Of a DNA stretch of 64,000 nucleotides, positions 46,012-55,456 are shown piece by piece. Source of the stretch: an uncultured Candidatus Sumerlaeota bacterium (lineage in GTDB: Bacteria > Sumerlaeota > Sumerlaeia > MVZB01 > JAJFLK01); NCBI GenBank assembly GCA_964463045.1, contig CAYXAU010000001.1, forward strand, positions 72,524 through 136,523. The letters are read 5' to 3'. The notes below the pieces were generated by a model. The model was given only the letters and a program-made list of their open reading frames with translations, did no database searches and was not told the DNA's origin. The translations under genes and the position numbers were made by a program. Each line of letters begins with the position of its first letter. Position 1 is the stretch's first letter.

Positions 46012-46087
46012 GCCCAAATAGCTCAGTCGGTAGAGCACATGCATGGTAAGCATGAGGTCGCCGGTTCGATTCCGGCTTTGGGCTCCA
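46012..46087 (+). tRNA. tRNA-Thr (anticodon GGT), CCA encoded.
   Basis: Acceptor GCCCAAA pairs with TTTGGGC. The D-arm is TAGCTCAGTCGGTAGAGC, the anticodon stem-loop CATGC-ATGGTAA-GCATG, and the T-arm GCCGGTTCGATTCCGGC. A 7-bp hairpin (GCCGCTC..GAGCGGC) lies downstream. Confidence 0.85.
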
Positions 46088-46522
46088 TCCCGCTTTTCAT
46101 CGCTGCTTAGGCGCGCCGGCCGCTCCGGAGGGAGAGCGGCTTGGCCGTTGTGTTCGGTATCGGCCGCAGCCGAGCGAGAGGACCTCCGGCCTGCACCGTA
46201 TTGAACGCGATTGGCCCCGAGGGTCTCCTTAGAGATAGCGCCTGTCCGGCCTCGTCGGCGAGGCAAGTCTAGTATTTTCAGTCCTCGACGTGACCCGTCC
46301 CGGAGCCACCCCCTTGGCGGTCCGGATTTTGCTCCCTCCATCTCGAGGAAGGGCGCACCCTCACCGAGGAGCGGCCCTCCACCGACATCAACCGCCGCGA
46401 GGGGCAAGCCGAGATGGAGGGGACTGATCCGCCGGGTCAGTCCCCTCTGGGCGTTTGGGACCGCCTTCGCTGCGGCGGCGCGGAGGCCGCCGGGCTCGCG
46501 GCGCTTCCTCCTCGCCGCAGAC

Positions 46523-47233
46523 TCAGAATAAGCGGTAATAGCGACGTTTATCCGGCGGCGGGGGATGGCGACGCCACCGTGGCGGGCCGCCGCGCTTGAA
46601 CTTCAAATCCACGGAGGATTTCCCCGTCGCCCGCAAAAGCCAGCCCGCCGGTGTGATAATGGCGTAGAAGATGACCGTCAAACCCAGATTCCCGATGCAC
46701 CAGCCGATCAGGCTGAAGGCGCGGAGGATCGTCAGATAGACCCATTGTCCCACCCCGGGGAGCCCAAGCGCCGCCGCCAGAGCCACGCCGGCGATGACGA
46801 ATCCATCGGCGGTCTCCCAGAACTCGGCTTCGCCCCGCCGACGAAGCCACCGCAGCCCCCCCAGGCCGGGCAAGAGCACCAGACCCCAGAGCGCCGCCGC
46901 CCACAGCCGTTGCCGGGCCGTGACGCGTTCGGGCAGATTCGCCCAGATATGTTCACGGATGTAGCGGATCAACGCTGTCGGTGGAGGTCCCGGATCGTCC
47001 GCGGCCGGGATGGGCTCCCCTGAGACCGGGGCGTGGCACGTCGGGGCTAACTTGACACAAACCCCGTCCTGTTTCGAGCCCAACTCGTTTACGGCGATTC
47101 GATCGAGAGCCCTGAGTCGTCCCCCCGAGCGGCGCGCCCGCGTGACCTTGACAGGCAACGCGAGCCCGCCATAATGAGGCGCCCTCATGGGGCGGCGCCC
47201 TATTCCTCCGAGCCGCCACCGCTCAGGTTTCAT
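46523..47233 (-). CDS. Hypothetical membrane protein. The C-terminal ~130 aa are hydrophobic; the N-terminal extent is doubtful.
   Basis: The C-terminal part (WAAALWGLVLLPGLGG ... LIGWCIGNLGLTVIFYAIITPAGWLL) has 3 TM helices. The 5' part of the ORF overlaps the promoter of the divergent response-regulator gene, so the true start is probably internal. Confidence 0.4.
   Translation of the reverse strand: MKPERWRLGGIGRRPMRAPHYGGLALPVKVTRARRSGGRLRALDRIAVNELGSKQDGVCVKLAPTCHAPVSGEPIPAADDPGPPPTALIRYIREHIWANLPERVTARQRLWAAALWGLVLLPGLGGLRWLRRRGEAEFWETADGFVIAGVALAAALGLPGVGQWVYLTILRAFSLIGWCIGNLGLTVIFYAIITPAGWLLRATGKSSVDLKFKRGGPPRWRRHPPPPDKRRYYRLF
47148..47176 (+). promoter_or_regulatory. Candidate sigma70 promoter (TTGACA-N16-CATAAT) for the response-regulator gene.
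   Basis: TTGACA at 47148-47153 and CATAAT at 47170-47175. The ATG of the regulator is at 47232. Confidence 0.35.
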
Positions 47234-47606
47234 GGCTCAGCGTATTCTCGCCGTCGACGACGATCCGGACGTGCTCCTGATCATTCGCACGGGCCTGACG
47301 GCCGAAGGCTACGAGGTTCAGACGGCCTCCAGCGGGCAGGAGGCCGTCGAGTCGGCGATCGCCGATCCGCCGGACCTCATCATCCTGGACGTGATGATGC
47401 CGGGGATGAGCGGCTTTGATGTCGTGCGGGAGCTTAAGCAGCACGAGTCCACGGCCACGATCCCGATCGTCATGTTGACCGGCTTTTCCGAACGCAAGCG
47501 GATCGAAGAGGCCTTGGCCAGTGGCGTCAATTACTACGTCGTCAAACCCTTCGACTTCGAGGACCTGCTCATGCGGATCAGCCAGGCCCTCGTCGGATTC
47601 GAATAA
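47232..47606 (+). CDS. Single-domain CheY-like response regulator (receiver only).
   Basis: ILAVDDDPDV, the phospho-acceptor in DLIILDVMMPGMSG, T in IVMLTG and K in YYVVKPF. 124 aa. Confidence 0.85.
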   Translation: MAQRILAVDDDPDVLLIIRTGLTAEGYEVQTASSGQEAVESAIADPPDLIILDVMMPGMSGFDVVRELKQHESTATIPIVMLTGFSERKRIEEALASGVNYYVVKPFDFEDLLMRISQALVGFE

Positions 47607-47816
47607 ACGGACCCGCCGCCCCCCTGCCGCCTCCGCATTGAATCCGACGGCTCCAATCGACGGCTTTTTGCGGTGGCCGTTGCCGTAGCCGATCGAGATA
47701 AGGTTTAATTCATTCGTAAGGCGGGAAGGGCGTCGGGCGGAACATGGCCCCGATCAGGCTCGACGCCGGCGCTGGGGCGCCGCCGTCGCGCCGCGCCCGC
47801 CTCCCCTCGTCGATCC

Positions 47817-47890
47817 GCCCCTGTAGCTCAGCAGGATAGAGCACAGGATTCCTAATCCTGGGGTCGCAGGTTCAAATCCTGCCAGGGGCG
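47817..47890 (+). tRNA. tRNA-Arg (anticodon CCT). CCA not encoded.
   Basis: Acceptor GCCCCTG pairs with CAGGGGC. The D-arm is TAGCTCAGCAGGATAGAGC, the anticodon stem-loop CAGGA-TTCCTAA-TCCTG, and the T-arm GCAGGTTCAAATCCTGC. Confidence 0.85.
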
Positions 47891-48090
47891 CCCTATCCAT
47901 TCATCCGCCGGGGGCGCCGACCGCACGCAACCTTCGCCCCGGTGAGGGACCACCCTTTGCGCGATCGAATTGCGGCTTGACAAAGCCAAGGGCGGTACTG
48001 AGAATCCCCGCGCTGGCTGAAGCCCATCAGGGATTCAAAAGGGGGCGCAGCACTGGCCAGCGGCAGGCTCCCCCCCCGAGGGCGTAACCC

Positions 48091-50628
48091 TTGCCGTCGT
48101 CGCATTGGCGCGGGCCGGGTCCAAGGCGCGTGCCTTTTTCTCTACTTCGGCCCGGCTACGACAGACTCGGCTGGGTCCGGCTCAGCTCGATCATTCTCCT
48201 GACCTTTGCCCCTGGGCGCTTGAGCGCTCAGCGTGGCGACGCGGACCTGAATCGGCGGGTGGATCGACGCGATCTCGACGCCGTCGTGGATCATCTGCTG
48301 GGTCGGTCAATGCTCGCTGGGGAGGGGCTGACGCGGGCCGACACCAATGGCGATACGATTCTGGACGTCGCCGACGCGATTGCCCTGGCCCGCGTGATCT
48401 CGCGGCCGCCGGTCGGGATCGTCGAATCATCCCCTTCGCCCGGCGAGGGAAACGTCGCCGTTACTCGGGAGACGATCATCCGGTTCGATGGAGCCGTCGA
48501 CCCTGCCACGGTCACGGGCGCTTCTGTCCGGGCGCGGTTCGGCGGCCAGGCGCTGCCCGTGCGTCTTCACGTCGCCCCCGATCGTCGCAGCCTGACCCTC
48601 TTTTATCAGGTCCCGCTGCCGGGGAGCGCTCGAATCCGCGTCCAGATTGACGGGGGGCTTCTCCTGGAAGCCGAACGCGGCTGGGGAATCGACGCCGATG
48701 GGGATGGCCGTGAGGGAGGCATCGGCGTGATTGACTTTGACACGTTGAGTCTGACGCGCGTCCCGCACACTTTCGTCTATGGGCGCGTCTTTGCTTCAGA
48801 GCTGGCGACGGCGGCAGCCCCCTCAACCGATTCGCTCAACATGCCGCTGGCGGGCGTCGTCATCACCGTCGACGGGCTGGAAACCACAGTGCGGGCGACG
48901 ACCGATCAATTCGGGAACTTCCGACTGGAGAACCCGCCCGGGGGGCGGTTCTTCGTCCATATTGATGGGCGCGCCGTGAAGACAGCTTTCGTCGATGGCC
49001 AGGCGGTCCCGACGTCCTATCCGGACGGTTTTTACTATCCATTCGTCGGCAAGAAGTTCCAATCCGTCCCCGGGCAAGAGATCAATATGGGCAATGTCTA
49101 TCTCCCGCTCGTTTATCCGGGGACGCTCCAGCCGGTCAGCGAGACCGAGGACACGACGATTACCTTCGCCCCCGGCGTGCTGGAGCGGAACCCCGAGCTG
49201 GCCGGCGTGACGGTCACGGTCCCGGCCGATTCCCTCTTCGCCGATGACGGGACGCGCGGCGGGATGGTAGGGATCGCCCCCGTGCCACCCGACCGGATCC
49301 CCGGGCCCCTCCCCCCGGAATTGAATTTTCCGATAGTGATCACCGTCCAGACCGATGGGCCCACCAATTTCGACCGCCCGATCGCCGCCTGTTTTCCGAA
49401 TGTGCCCCACCCCGTAACCGGCGAAACATTGCCCACCGGCTCCAAGAGCGCCCTCTTCAGCTTCAACCACGACACCGGCCGATTCGAGATGGTCGGGCCG
49501 ATGACCGTCAGCGACGACGGCCGGCTCGTCTGCACGGACCCCGGCATCGGCATTCCCGCCCCCGGGTGGCACGGTACCCAGCCGGGGACCTCCGGCAGTG
49601 GCGGCCCTCTTGAGGGGTCCGACGGCAGCGGCTCCGGCGACGGCGGCGGCGCCTCCGATCGCCGTCGCCCGCGGCCTAAACCTCGACCCACGCCCCCGCC
49701 CCCGACGCCGACGCCGCGCCCCCCCCCGATGAGCGACTGCAGCGTAGAAATTGCGATGCCTCTGCAGGGCATCCGGCATCCCGAGACTAAGCCGCTGGAA
49801 TTCCGCGCGATCGGGATGCCCATGCCGGGACAAATGGTGTGGTTCCTCGGGAGCGGTAATACCTGGGCCCGGCCGGATGGCTTCGACGGCGAGAGCGGGA
49901 ACGTTCAATTCTTCAACGACGTGACGCGGCTGGACAGCTCTTTGCTCCGCGTCAAATGGGAGCCGGATAAGGGCGGATTGACCTGCTACGACGACCGGAC
50001 GGTCACAATCATTCCATCGAGCAAGGCCGCCTGGGTTTTCGAATACCCCGGCAGCGATGAGACGCGGGACCTGAGCGAGCCCTTCGCCACCAATGTGGAC
50101 CGATTTTTCCACGCCCTCTTTATCGCTGCAGTCGATTACCCCTTCTCAAACCTGCGGTGGACTTTCACGTCGACGTTCCGGCCCGCCAAGCGCGCCTATC
50201 TGATGCACTTTGCGTCAAAAATATCCAGCCTGTTGATCGATGCCGAGTCCGTTCCCCCGTTCGACCCGGCGACCGTCTCTGCAGACGACCCCTTTAAGGG
50301 CTCGCTTGACATCAATTGGGTCCATTACAAGGCCAACGGGGAGCAGGATCTCTTGACCACAGTCATGGCCGCCTATGCAATGGAGTCGGCTTATGGAATC
50401 GTTTATCCGCCCGCTTTGCAATCCCGACATACTCAAGGGTTGGCAATTGATGTGAAGATCCTCTGGGACGACGACTTCAGCATTAAGCTACCGGACGGCT
50501 CCCTCATGCCCATCCCGAAGAACCCTGGAAACGGCGCTCAAAGCACCGCGCTCCATGCGGCCGGCGCGACCTTCGGCGTCATCAAGCTCGGCAGCGATCC
50601 TCCCCACTGGTCCAGCGACGGCCATTGA
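48091..50628 (+). CDS. Large secreted multidomain protein: dockerin-like Ca-binding pair, Ig/cadherin-like, carboxypeptidase-regulatory-like, Gly/Pro-rich linker and a C-terminal peptidase-M15-like (VanY/hedgehog-type) domain.
   Basis: Dockerin-type repeats are [22 protein letters not shown] and [58 protein letters not shown] is CarboxypepD_reg-like. The linker is [35 protein letters not shown]. The C-terminal [12 protein letters not shown] matches the M15 SxHxxGxAxD motif. Confidence 0.75.
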   Translation: MPSSHWRGPGPRRVPFSLLRPGYDRLGWVRLSSIILLTFAPGRLSAQRGDADLNRRVDRRDLDAVVDHLLGRSMLAGEGLTRADTNGDTILDVADAIALARVISRPPVGIVESSPSPGEGNVAVTRETIIRFDGAVDPATVTGASVRARFGGQALPVRLHVAPDRRSLTLFYQVPLPGSARIRVQIDGGLLLEAERGWGIDADGDGREGGIGVIDFDTLSLTRVPHTFVYGRVFASELATAAAPSTDSLNMPLAGVVITVDGLETTVRATTDQFGNFRLENPPGGRFFVHIDGRAVKTAFVDGQAVPTSYPDGFYYPFVGKKFQSVPGQEINMGNVYLPLVYPGTLQPVSETEDTTITFAPGVLERNPELAGVTVTVPADSLFADDGTRGGMVGIAPVPPDRIPGPLPPELNFPIVITVQTDGPTNFDRPIAACFPNVPHPVTGETLPTGSKSALFSFNHDTGRFEMVGPMTVSDDGRLVCTDPGIGIPAPGWHGTQPGTSGSGGPLEGSDGSGSGDGGGASDRRRPRPKPRPTPPPPTPTPRPPPMSDCSVEIAMPLQGIRHPETKPLEFRAIGMPMPGQMVWFLGSGNTWARPDGFDGESGNVQFFNDVTRLDSSLLRVKWEPDKGGLTCYDDRTVTIIPSSKAAWVFEYPGSDETRDLSEPFATNVDRFFHALFIAAVDYPFSNLRWTFTSTFRPAKRAYLMHFASKISSLLIDAESVPPFDPATVSADDPFKGSLDINWVHYKANGEQDLLTTVMAAYAMESAYGIVYPPALQSRHTQGLAIDVKILWDDDFSIKLPDGSLMPIPKNPGNGAQSTALHAAGATFGVIKLGSDPPHWSSDGH

Positions 50629-53249
50629 TGCATCCCCTTCGCCCCTCGATCCCCTGCCTGAAGCCGCACCGACCCCCGGCATATCTGGGTATTCTGGTGT
50701 TCTTTGCCGGAGTTCAAGCCCGCGCCCAGGAGCTTCCGCCCTTTGCCCCGGAACCTGAACGCCAACTTGGACTCCACTATTATTCCGTCCAGAATCTCTT
50801 CACGGGCCAGGTTATCCGCCGGGGGATTACCGGGAGCAACGGCATCGCCCACGATCAGGTTATCCTGGCGCCGAACACCCCTTACCGGGAAGGCATTCTG
50901 CAGGCGGCTACGCTTAAAGTCGGATTCTCGGAGTTCACGACGCCGGGGAGCGGCGAGCGGTTTGAGTTCCCCAGGATTCTCGTCAAGCCTGACGCGATGC
51001 CCGACACCGATGGCGATGGCCTCGGCGCGTTCGGCGAGTTCATCATCGGCACCGACCCCACCAACCCCGACACCGACGGCGATGGCATCCGGGACGGCGT
51101 CGAAGTCCAACAGGGCCTGGACCCGCTGGACGGTCTCATCGCCCGGACCGGGTTGATTGCCTCCGTGGATACCCCCGGCGCGGCCGCCGATGTGTGTGCC
51201 GTCAACGACGTGGCCATCGTGGCCGATTCGGAGCTCGGGGTCTCTATCTTCAACGTCTTCAACGGGATGAACCCCGTCATCATCGGCCAAGTGGACACCC
51301 CGGGGATCGCCCAACGGGTCGGCTGCTCCGGCACCCTGATCGCCGTGGCTGATGGACCGGCCGGCCTCGCCATCATCGACATCGCCGATCCGCCCGCGGC
51401 CCGGCGGCTGCATCAGATCAACCTGGGGTTCGCTCAGGCCGTCGCCGCTGCGGCCGGCGTCGCCTATGTCGGGCTCGATTCAGGGCTCCTGGTCTCTGTG
51501 GAGATGGCATCCGGGCTGCGGATCGACGCCGTCAGCCTGCCGGGCGCCGTGGGTGATCTCTTATTGAGTGGGGATCATCTTTACGCATTGGCGGGGAACA
51601 CGCTGGTCGTGCTCGCTTACGCCTCGGGGTTGCTGGCCCCCCTCAGCTCGACGGCCTCCCCGACGCCTGGCGGCTTGCCTTCCGAGCGCATTTTCATTGG
51701 CGGGGGGATCGGTTACGTCGTCCACGGGACGGGGTATAACACCTTCGACCTGAATAACCCGCTCATGCCCACCCTGATCGCGGTCGGGAACACCCTGCAA
51801 CGGGGATGGAGACACCTGGTCCCGAACGGCTCCGGCCTCGGCGTGGCCGCGGCCTCCCCCAACGTGGGTTTTGACAGCGCATCCAATCTGCAACTTTACG
51901 ATCTGCGCGATCCCTCCCAGACGAATGCGTTCGTGACGGAATTTGAAACTCCCGGGGTCGCCCGCGCGGTGGCCATCTATAATGGCCTGGCCTACGTCGC
52001 GGATCACTTCCATGGGATGCAGGTGATCAATTATCTCGCCTACGACGCGCTGGGAACCTCCCCAACGCTGGACCTGGCGGCTGGTTTTTCCCTCGATCCG
52101 CCCACCGCCGAGGAAGGTCAGCTTGCCCGCGTCACGGCCGTCGTCGCCGACGACGTGCAGGTGCGAAACGTTGAGTTTTACCTCGATGGCGTCAAAGCCG
52201 CCACCGACGGAAATTTCCCCTTCGAGCATCGCTTCGTGGCCCCCTCCCTCGCGGCTCGACCGAGCTTCACTCTGCGGGCCCGGGCAAGCGATACCGGTGG
52301 GAACTTCACCTGGACCCCCGAGATCACGGTAATGCTGACGCCCGACGTGACGGGACCGACCGTCACACGGGTCCTTCCCGCCCACCGAACGGCCATCTTC
52401 GGTCCCCTGCGGAGCGTCGCCGCTTTCTTCAACGAGCCGATGGACGTCTCGACGTTGACCTCCGGCGCCTTCACGTTGACCGAGTTCGGTCCGGACGGAA
52501 GGGCGGGGACGCCGGACGACGTGGCCGTCACACGGGGCGACGTCGAGTTCCGACCGGATGTCCTGGGCGCCTTCATGAATTTCACACCGGAGCTGCGCCG
52601 GGGGATTTATCTCGCCCGCGTCTCACCCCCCGCCGCCGACGTCGCGGGTAACCTTTTGGCGATCCCCCGCTCCTGGCGGTTCATCGTCTTGACCTCCGAC
52701 AATGACCGGGACGGCGATTGCATCCCCGACGCCGTTGAGACCGCCGTCGGTCTGGATCCCGATAATCGCGACACCGACGGCGACGGAATCCCCGACGGTG
52801 AGGAGGACCTCGACGGCGATGGGGTCAACAATTGTCTTGAGGCCCTGCTGGGATTGAACCTGGCCGACGCCGACAGCGATAACGACGGCATTGCCGACCG
52901 GGACGAAGATCAGGACGGTGATGAACTCAAAGATTGGGAGGAGCTGCTGAATGGGACCCGGATTAACGGTGTTGATACCGACGGCGACGGCGTCAGTGAC
53001 GGGGACGAAGTCCGAGCCGGCACCGATCCGACGGACCCGTCATCCTCGCCTCTGACGTTTGCGTATGTCCGAGTGGCTATTGTCAATGCGGTCCATCCGG
53101 CGGCGCTGACCGGCCGCTTCGTCGGTGGGCCGGTCTCCACGCTCAACGCGGCCTCGCCCGAGGCGACGCTGGGACAAGTCTTCGGACCCGTCTTCAGTCT
53201 TGAGAATCTCTCCGAACCCATGAGTCAAGGAGGAGTATCAAAGCCATGA
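50628..53249 (+). CDS. Large secreted protein with LVIVD beta-propeller repeats, thrombospondin-type-3-like DxDxDG Ca-binding repeats and an Ig-like domain.
   Basis: ATG at 50628 overlaps the upstream TGA (TGATG). The signal peptide is [20 protein letters not shown]-type repeats include [31 protein letters not shown] and [18 protein letters not shown]3-like runs are [25 protein letters not shown] and [11 protein letters not shown]...[50 protein letters not shown]. Confidence 0.75.
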   Translation: MHPLRPSIPCLKPHRPPAYLGILVFFAGVQARAQELPPFAPEPERQLGLHYYSVQNLFTGQVIRRGITGSNGIAHDQVILAPNTPYREGILQAATLKVGFSEFTTPGSGERFEFPRILVKPDAMPDTDGDGLGAFGEFIIGTDPTNPDTDGDGIRDGVEVQQGLDPLDGLIARTGLIASVDTPGAAADVCAVNDVAIVADSELGVSIFNVFNGMNPVIIGQVDTPGIAQRVGCSGTLIAVADGPAGLAIIDIADPPAARRLHQINLGFAQAVAAAAGVAYVGLDSGLLVSVEMASGLRIDAVSLPGAVGDLLLSGDHLYALAGNTLVVLAYASGLLAPLSSTASPTPGGLPSERIFIGGGIGYVVHGTGYNTFDLNNPLMPTLIAVGNTLQRGWRHLVPNGSGLGVAAASPNVGFDSASNLQLYDLRDPSQTNAFVTEFETPGVARAVAIYNGLAYVADHFHGMQVINYLAYDALGTSPTLDLAAGFSLDPPTAEEGQLARVTAVVADDVQVRNVEFYLDGVKAATDGNFPFEHRFVAPSLAARPSFTLRARASDTGGNFTWTPEITVMLTPDVTGPTVTRVLPAHRTAIFGPLRSVAAFFNEPMDVSTLTSGAFTLTEFGPDGRAGTPDDVAVTRGDVEFRPDVLGAFMNFTPELRRGIYLARVSPPAADVAGNLLAIPRSWRFIVLTSDNDRDGDCIPDAVETAVGLDPDNRDTDGDGIPDGEEDLDGDGVNNCLEALLGLNLADADSDNDGIADRDEDQDGDELKDWEELLNGTRINGVDTDGDGVSDGDEVRAGTDPTDPSSSPLTFAYVRVAIVNAVHPAALTGRFVGGPVSTLNAASPEATLGQVFGPVFSLENLSEPMSQGGVSKP

Positions 53250-54484
53250 AAGCCGCTCTTGCACCGATGCGAGCCCCGCTGCGCCTCATATCAATCGCTT
53301 GTGTTTTCACCACTTCGGTGATGCAGGCCCTGGCCCAGTTTTCTTCCGGTTCGACCGGGGCCGACGGGGCCCTAGACATCCTCGACCCGGGAACGCCGAC
53401 AACTATCGTCTTCGATCCGGCGGTGGGGGATATCCGGCTCGACCCTGACGGTGATAACGTCTACCACTTTACGACGATCACGATCCCCGCCAACGTCACG
53501 CTCCGCCTGGGCGCCGACGTCCTGGGTCATACCCCCGTCCATTGGCTCGCCAGCGGGGCCGTCCGCATCGAGGGAACGCTCGACCTGAACGGGCAAGCGG
53601 GCCACGCCTGTGGCCAGCCGCCGGTGCCGGGGATCGCTGGGGCCGGCGGCTTCAACGGCGGGCCGGCGGCGTCGGAGAGCGCGTCGGGCAGCGCCGGCGA
53701 CGGTCCAGGCGGCGCGAGATATCCCGGTGGGGGATTCGATCATGCGGGTCATGTCACCGCCAACGGTGGCGCAATCTATGGGAATCTTTATCTCATGCCG
53801 CTGATCGGAGGGTCCGGCGGCGCCGGCAATGGCGGGCCGCCGGGCGCGGGAGGGGGCGGCGGCGGCGGGGCAATTCTTATCGCCAGCGACGTCTCTATTG
53901 ATCTTCCTATGGGGGGTTCGATCCGGGCCAACGGAGGCAACGCAGGGCAACAGTGCACCTCGGACGGAACCCGTGGGGGGGCGGGCAGCGGGGGGGCCAT
54001 CCGTCTTATGGCTCCCCGGGTCACGATCGGCGGTTCCCTGAGCGCCACGGGGGGGGCGGCCCCTTTTTCGTCGGCTTCGGTCGGGCGGATTCGGATCGAA
54101 TCCTTCCAACGAACGCTCGCCGGGGCTTCCATCTCGCCGGGAGCCTCCTTTGGCGTCCCCTTCCAGGTTTTCCCTCCGGTCAGCGGGCCCACCGTCCGCG
54201 TCGTTTCGGTCGCCGGCGTTGCCGTGATTCCGTCCCCCACGGGAAGCTTTCAGATGCCGGATGTGACGATCGAGGCCGTTTCGGCCGTCCCGGTCGAATT
54301 GAGCGCTTCCAACGTTCCCCCCGGCACCATTCTCAACCTCCGATTCGTCCCGGAGACCGGCGACGTCATCACGGCCATGTCTTCGCCCCTCATGGGGTCC
54401 TTCGCCGATTCAACGGCCTCGGCGAGCGTCACCTTTCCGCGAGGCTTCAGCCGGGGGTACATTCTGGCCACCTGGACGCCATAG
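53246..54484 (+). CDS. Secreted Gly-rich protein, probably a right-handed beta-helix/adhesin-like fold.
   Basis: ATG overlaps the upstream stop (ATGA). AGGAGG sits 11 nt upstream. The signal peptide is [30 protein letters not shown]. The long [21 protein letters not shown] and (G/A/S)-rich stretches are interspersed with hydrophobic beta-strand-like segments. Confidence 0.65.
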   Translation: MKAALAPMRAPLRLISIACVFTTSVMQALAQFSSGSTGADGALDILDPGTPTTIVFDPAVGDIRLDPDGDNVYHFTTITIPANVTLRLGADVLGHTPVHWLASGAVRIEGTLDLNGQAGHACGQPPVPGIAGAGGFNGGPAASESASGSAGDGPGGARYPGGGFDHAGHVTANGGAIYGNLYLMPLIGGSGGAGNGGPPGAGGGGGGGAILIASDVSIDLPMGGSIRANGGNAGQQCTSDGTRGGAGSGGAIRLMAPRVTIGGSLSATGGAAPFSSASVGRIRIESFQRTLAGASISPGASFGVPFQVFPPVSGPTVRVVSVAGVAVIPSPTGSFQMPDVTIEAVSAVPVELSASNVPPGTILNLRFVPETGDVITAMSSPLMGSFADSTASASVTFPRGFSRGYILATWTP

Positions 54485-54526
54485 CGACGATTGAAGCCGC
54501 GACGGGGTTGAGCCATAAGGGGCGCC

Positions 54527-55432
54527 GTGATCCCGCGGTTTGGTCTGATCATCGGCGCCATGAAATCGGGGACGACGAGTCTCTATGAATACCTGGCGCA
54601 ACATCCGGCGATCTGTCGCTGCCGGGGTAAAGAGCCGGACTTCTTCGTCGACGAAGCCCGTTGGGGATCGAGCCGATTCGAGCCGTCGGCCGCCGAACCC
54701 TGCTCTCCCGCCCCGAGTGCGTCCGAAATCGAGAACCTGAGAGCGGCGTACGAGGCCCTCTGGCCGTGGGACCCCAGCCGCCATGAGATCGCCCTCGAAG
54801 CCTCCACGAGCTGCACCAAAACGCCGGTGATGCCCAATGTCGCCGCCCGGATCGCCGCCCTCGGGCTGCCGGCGCGATTTATCTATGTCATGCGCGACCC
54901 GATCGAGCGGATCGAATCCCACTACACCCATGGCCTGGCCGCGGGCTGGCTGCGCCCTCCCGGGGGGCCGACGCTGGACGCTCACGTCCTCGCCGTCACC
55001 TCCTATGCCCGCCAGATCGCCGAGTTTTATCAACGGTTCCCTCCTTCGGATATCCTCCTGGTGCGTTTTGAGGATTTCGTCCGTTCGCCCGGAGCGGTCC
55101 TGCGGCGGGTTTCCGCCTTTCTCGGCGTGGACCCCGAATACGCATTTCGGGGGCTCGGCCGAGCCCACAACCGCAACCTGGGCCGGCCCGTCAGCGACGG
55201 TCCCCTTTATCGCGCCTGGCGTCGCCTGCCGCTCCTTCCGGCGCTTGCTCGACGTCTGCTCCCGGAGCGGCCGCGGGCTTTCGTTCGCGGCCGATTGGGC
55301 CGCCGGATCACCACGGTCTGCCGCCTGACCCCGGAGCAGCGGGCTTGGGCCCTGGAGGCCCTCGCCGATGACCTCGAGCGACTCCGGACGGAATTCGGCG
55401 TGGACCCGAGTGGCTGGAATCTCGTCCCTTAG
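54527..55432 (+). CDS. Sulfotransferase-family protein (PAPS-dependent).
   Basis: LIIGAMKSGTTSL is the 5'-PSB P-loop. YVMRDPIERIESHY is the 3'-PB RDP motif. Cytoplasmic, 301 aa. Confidence 0.75.
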   Translation: MIPRFGLIIGAMKSGTTSLYEYLAQHPAICRCRGKEPDFFVDEARWGSSRFEPSAAEPCSPAPSASEIENLRAAYEALWPWDPSRHEIALEASTSCTKTPVMPNVAARIAALGLPARFIYVMRDPIERIESHYTHGLAAGWLRPPGGPTLDAHVLAVTSYARQIAEFYQRFPPSDILLVRFEDFVRSPGAVLRRVSAFLGVDPEYAFRGLGRAHNRNLGRPVSDGPLYRAWRRLPLLPALARRLLPERPRAFVRGRLGRRITTVCRLTPEQRAWALEALADDLERLRTEFGVDPSGWNLVP

Positions 55433-55456
55433 CTTGGCAGTCCGAAAGGATTACTT

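Noticed and set aside
45970-46407. 145-aa minus-strand ORF overlapping tRNA-Thr.
   Set aside because: Its translation includes the stereotyped tRNA-antisense peptide (NRTGDLMLTMHVLYRLSYLG). It is not a gene.
46523-47233. Possibility that the membrane ORF is a full 236-aa protein starting at 47233.
   Set aside because: Its 5' third overlaps the promoter and start of the divergent response-regulator gene and is hydrophilic low-complexity. Only the hydrophobic C-terminal half looks real, and even that has modest confidence.
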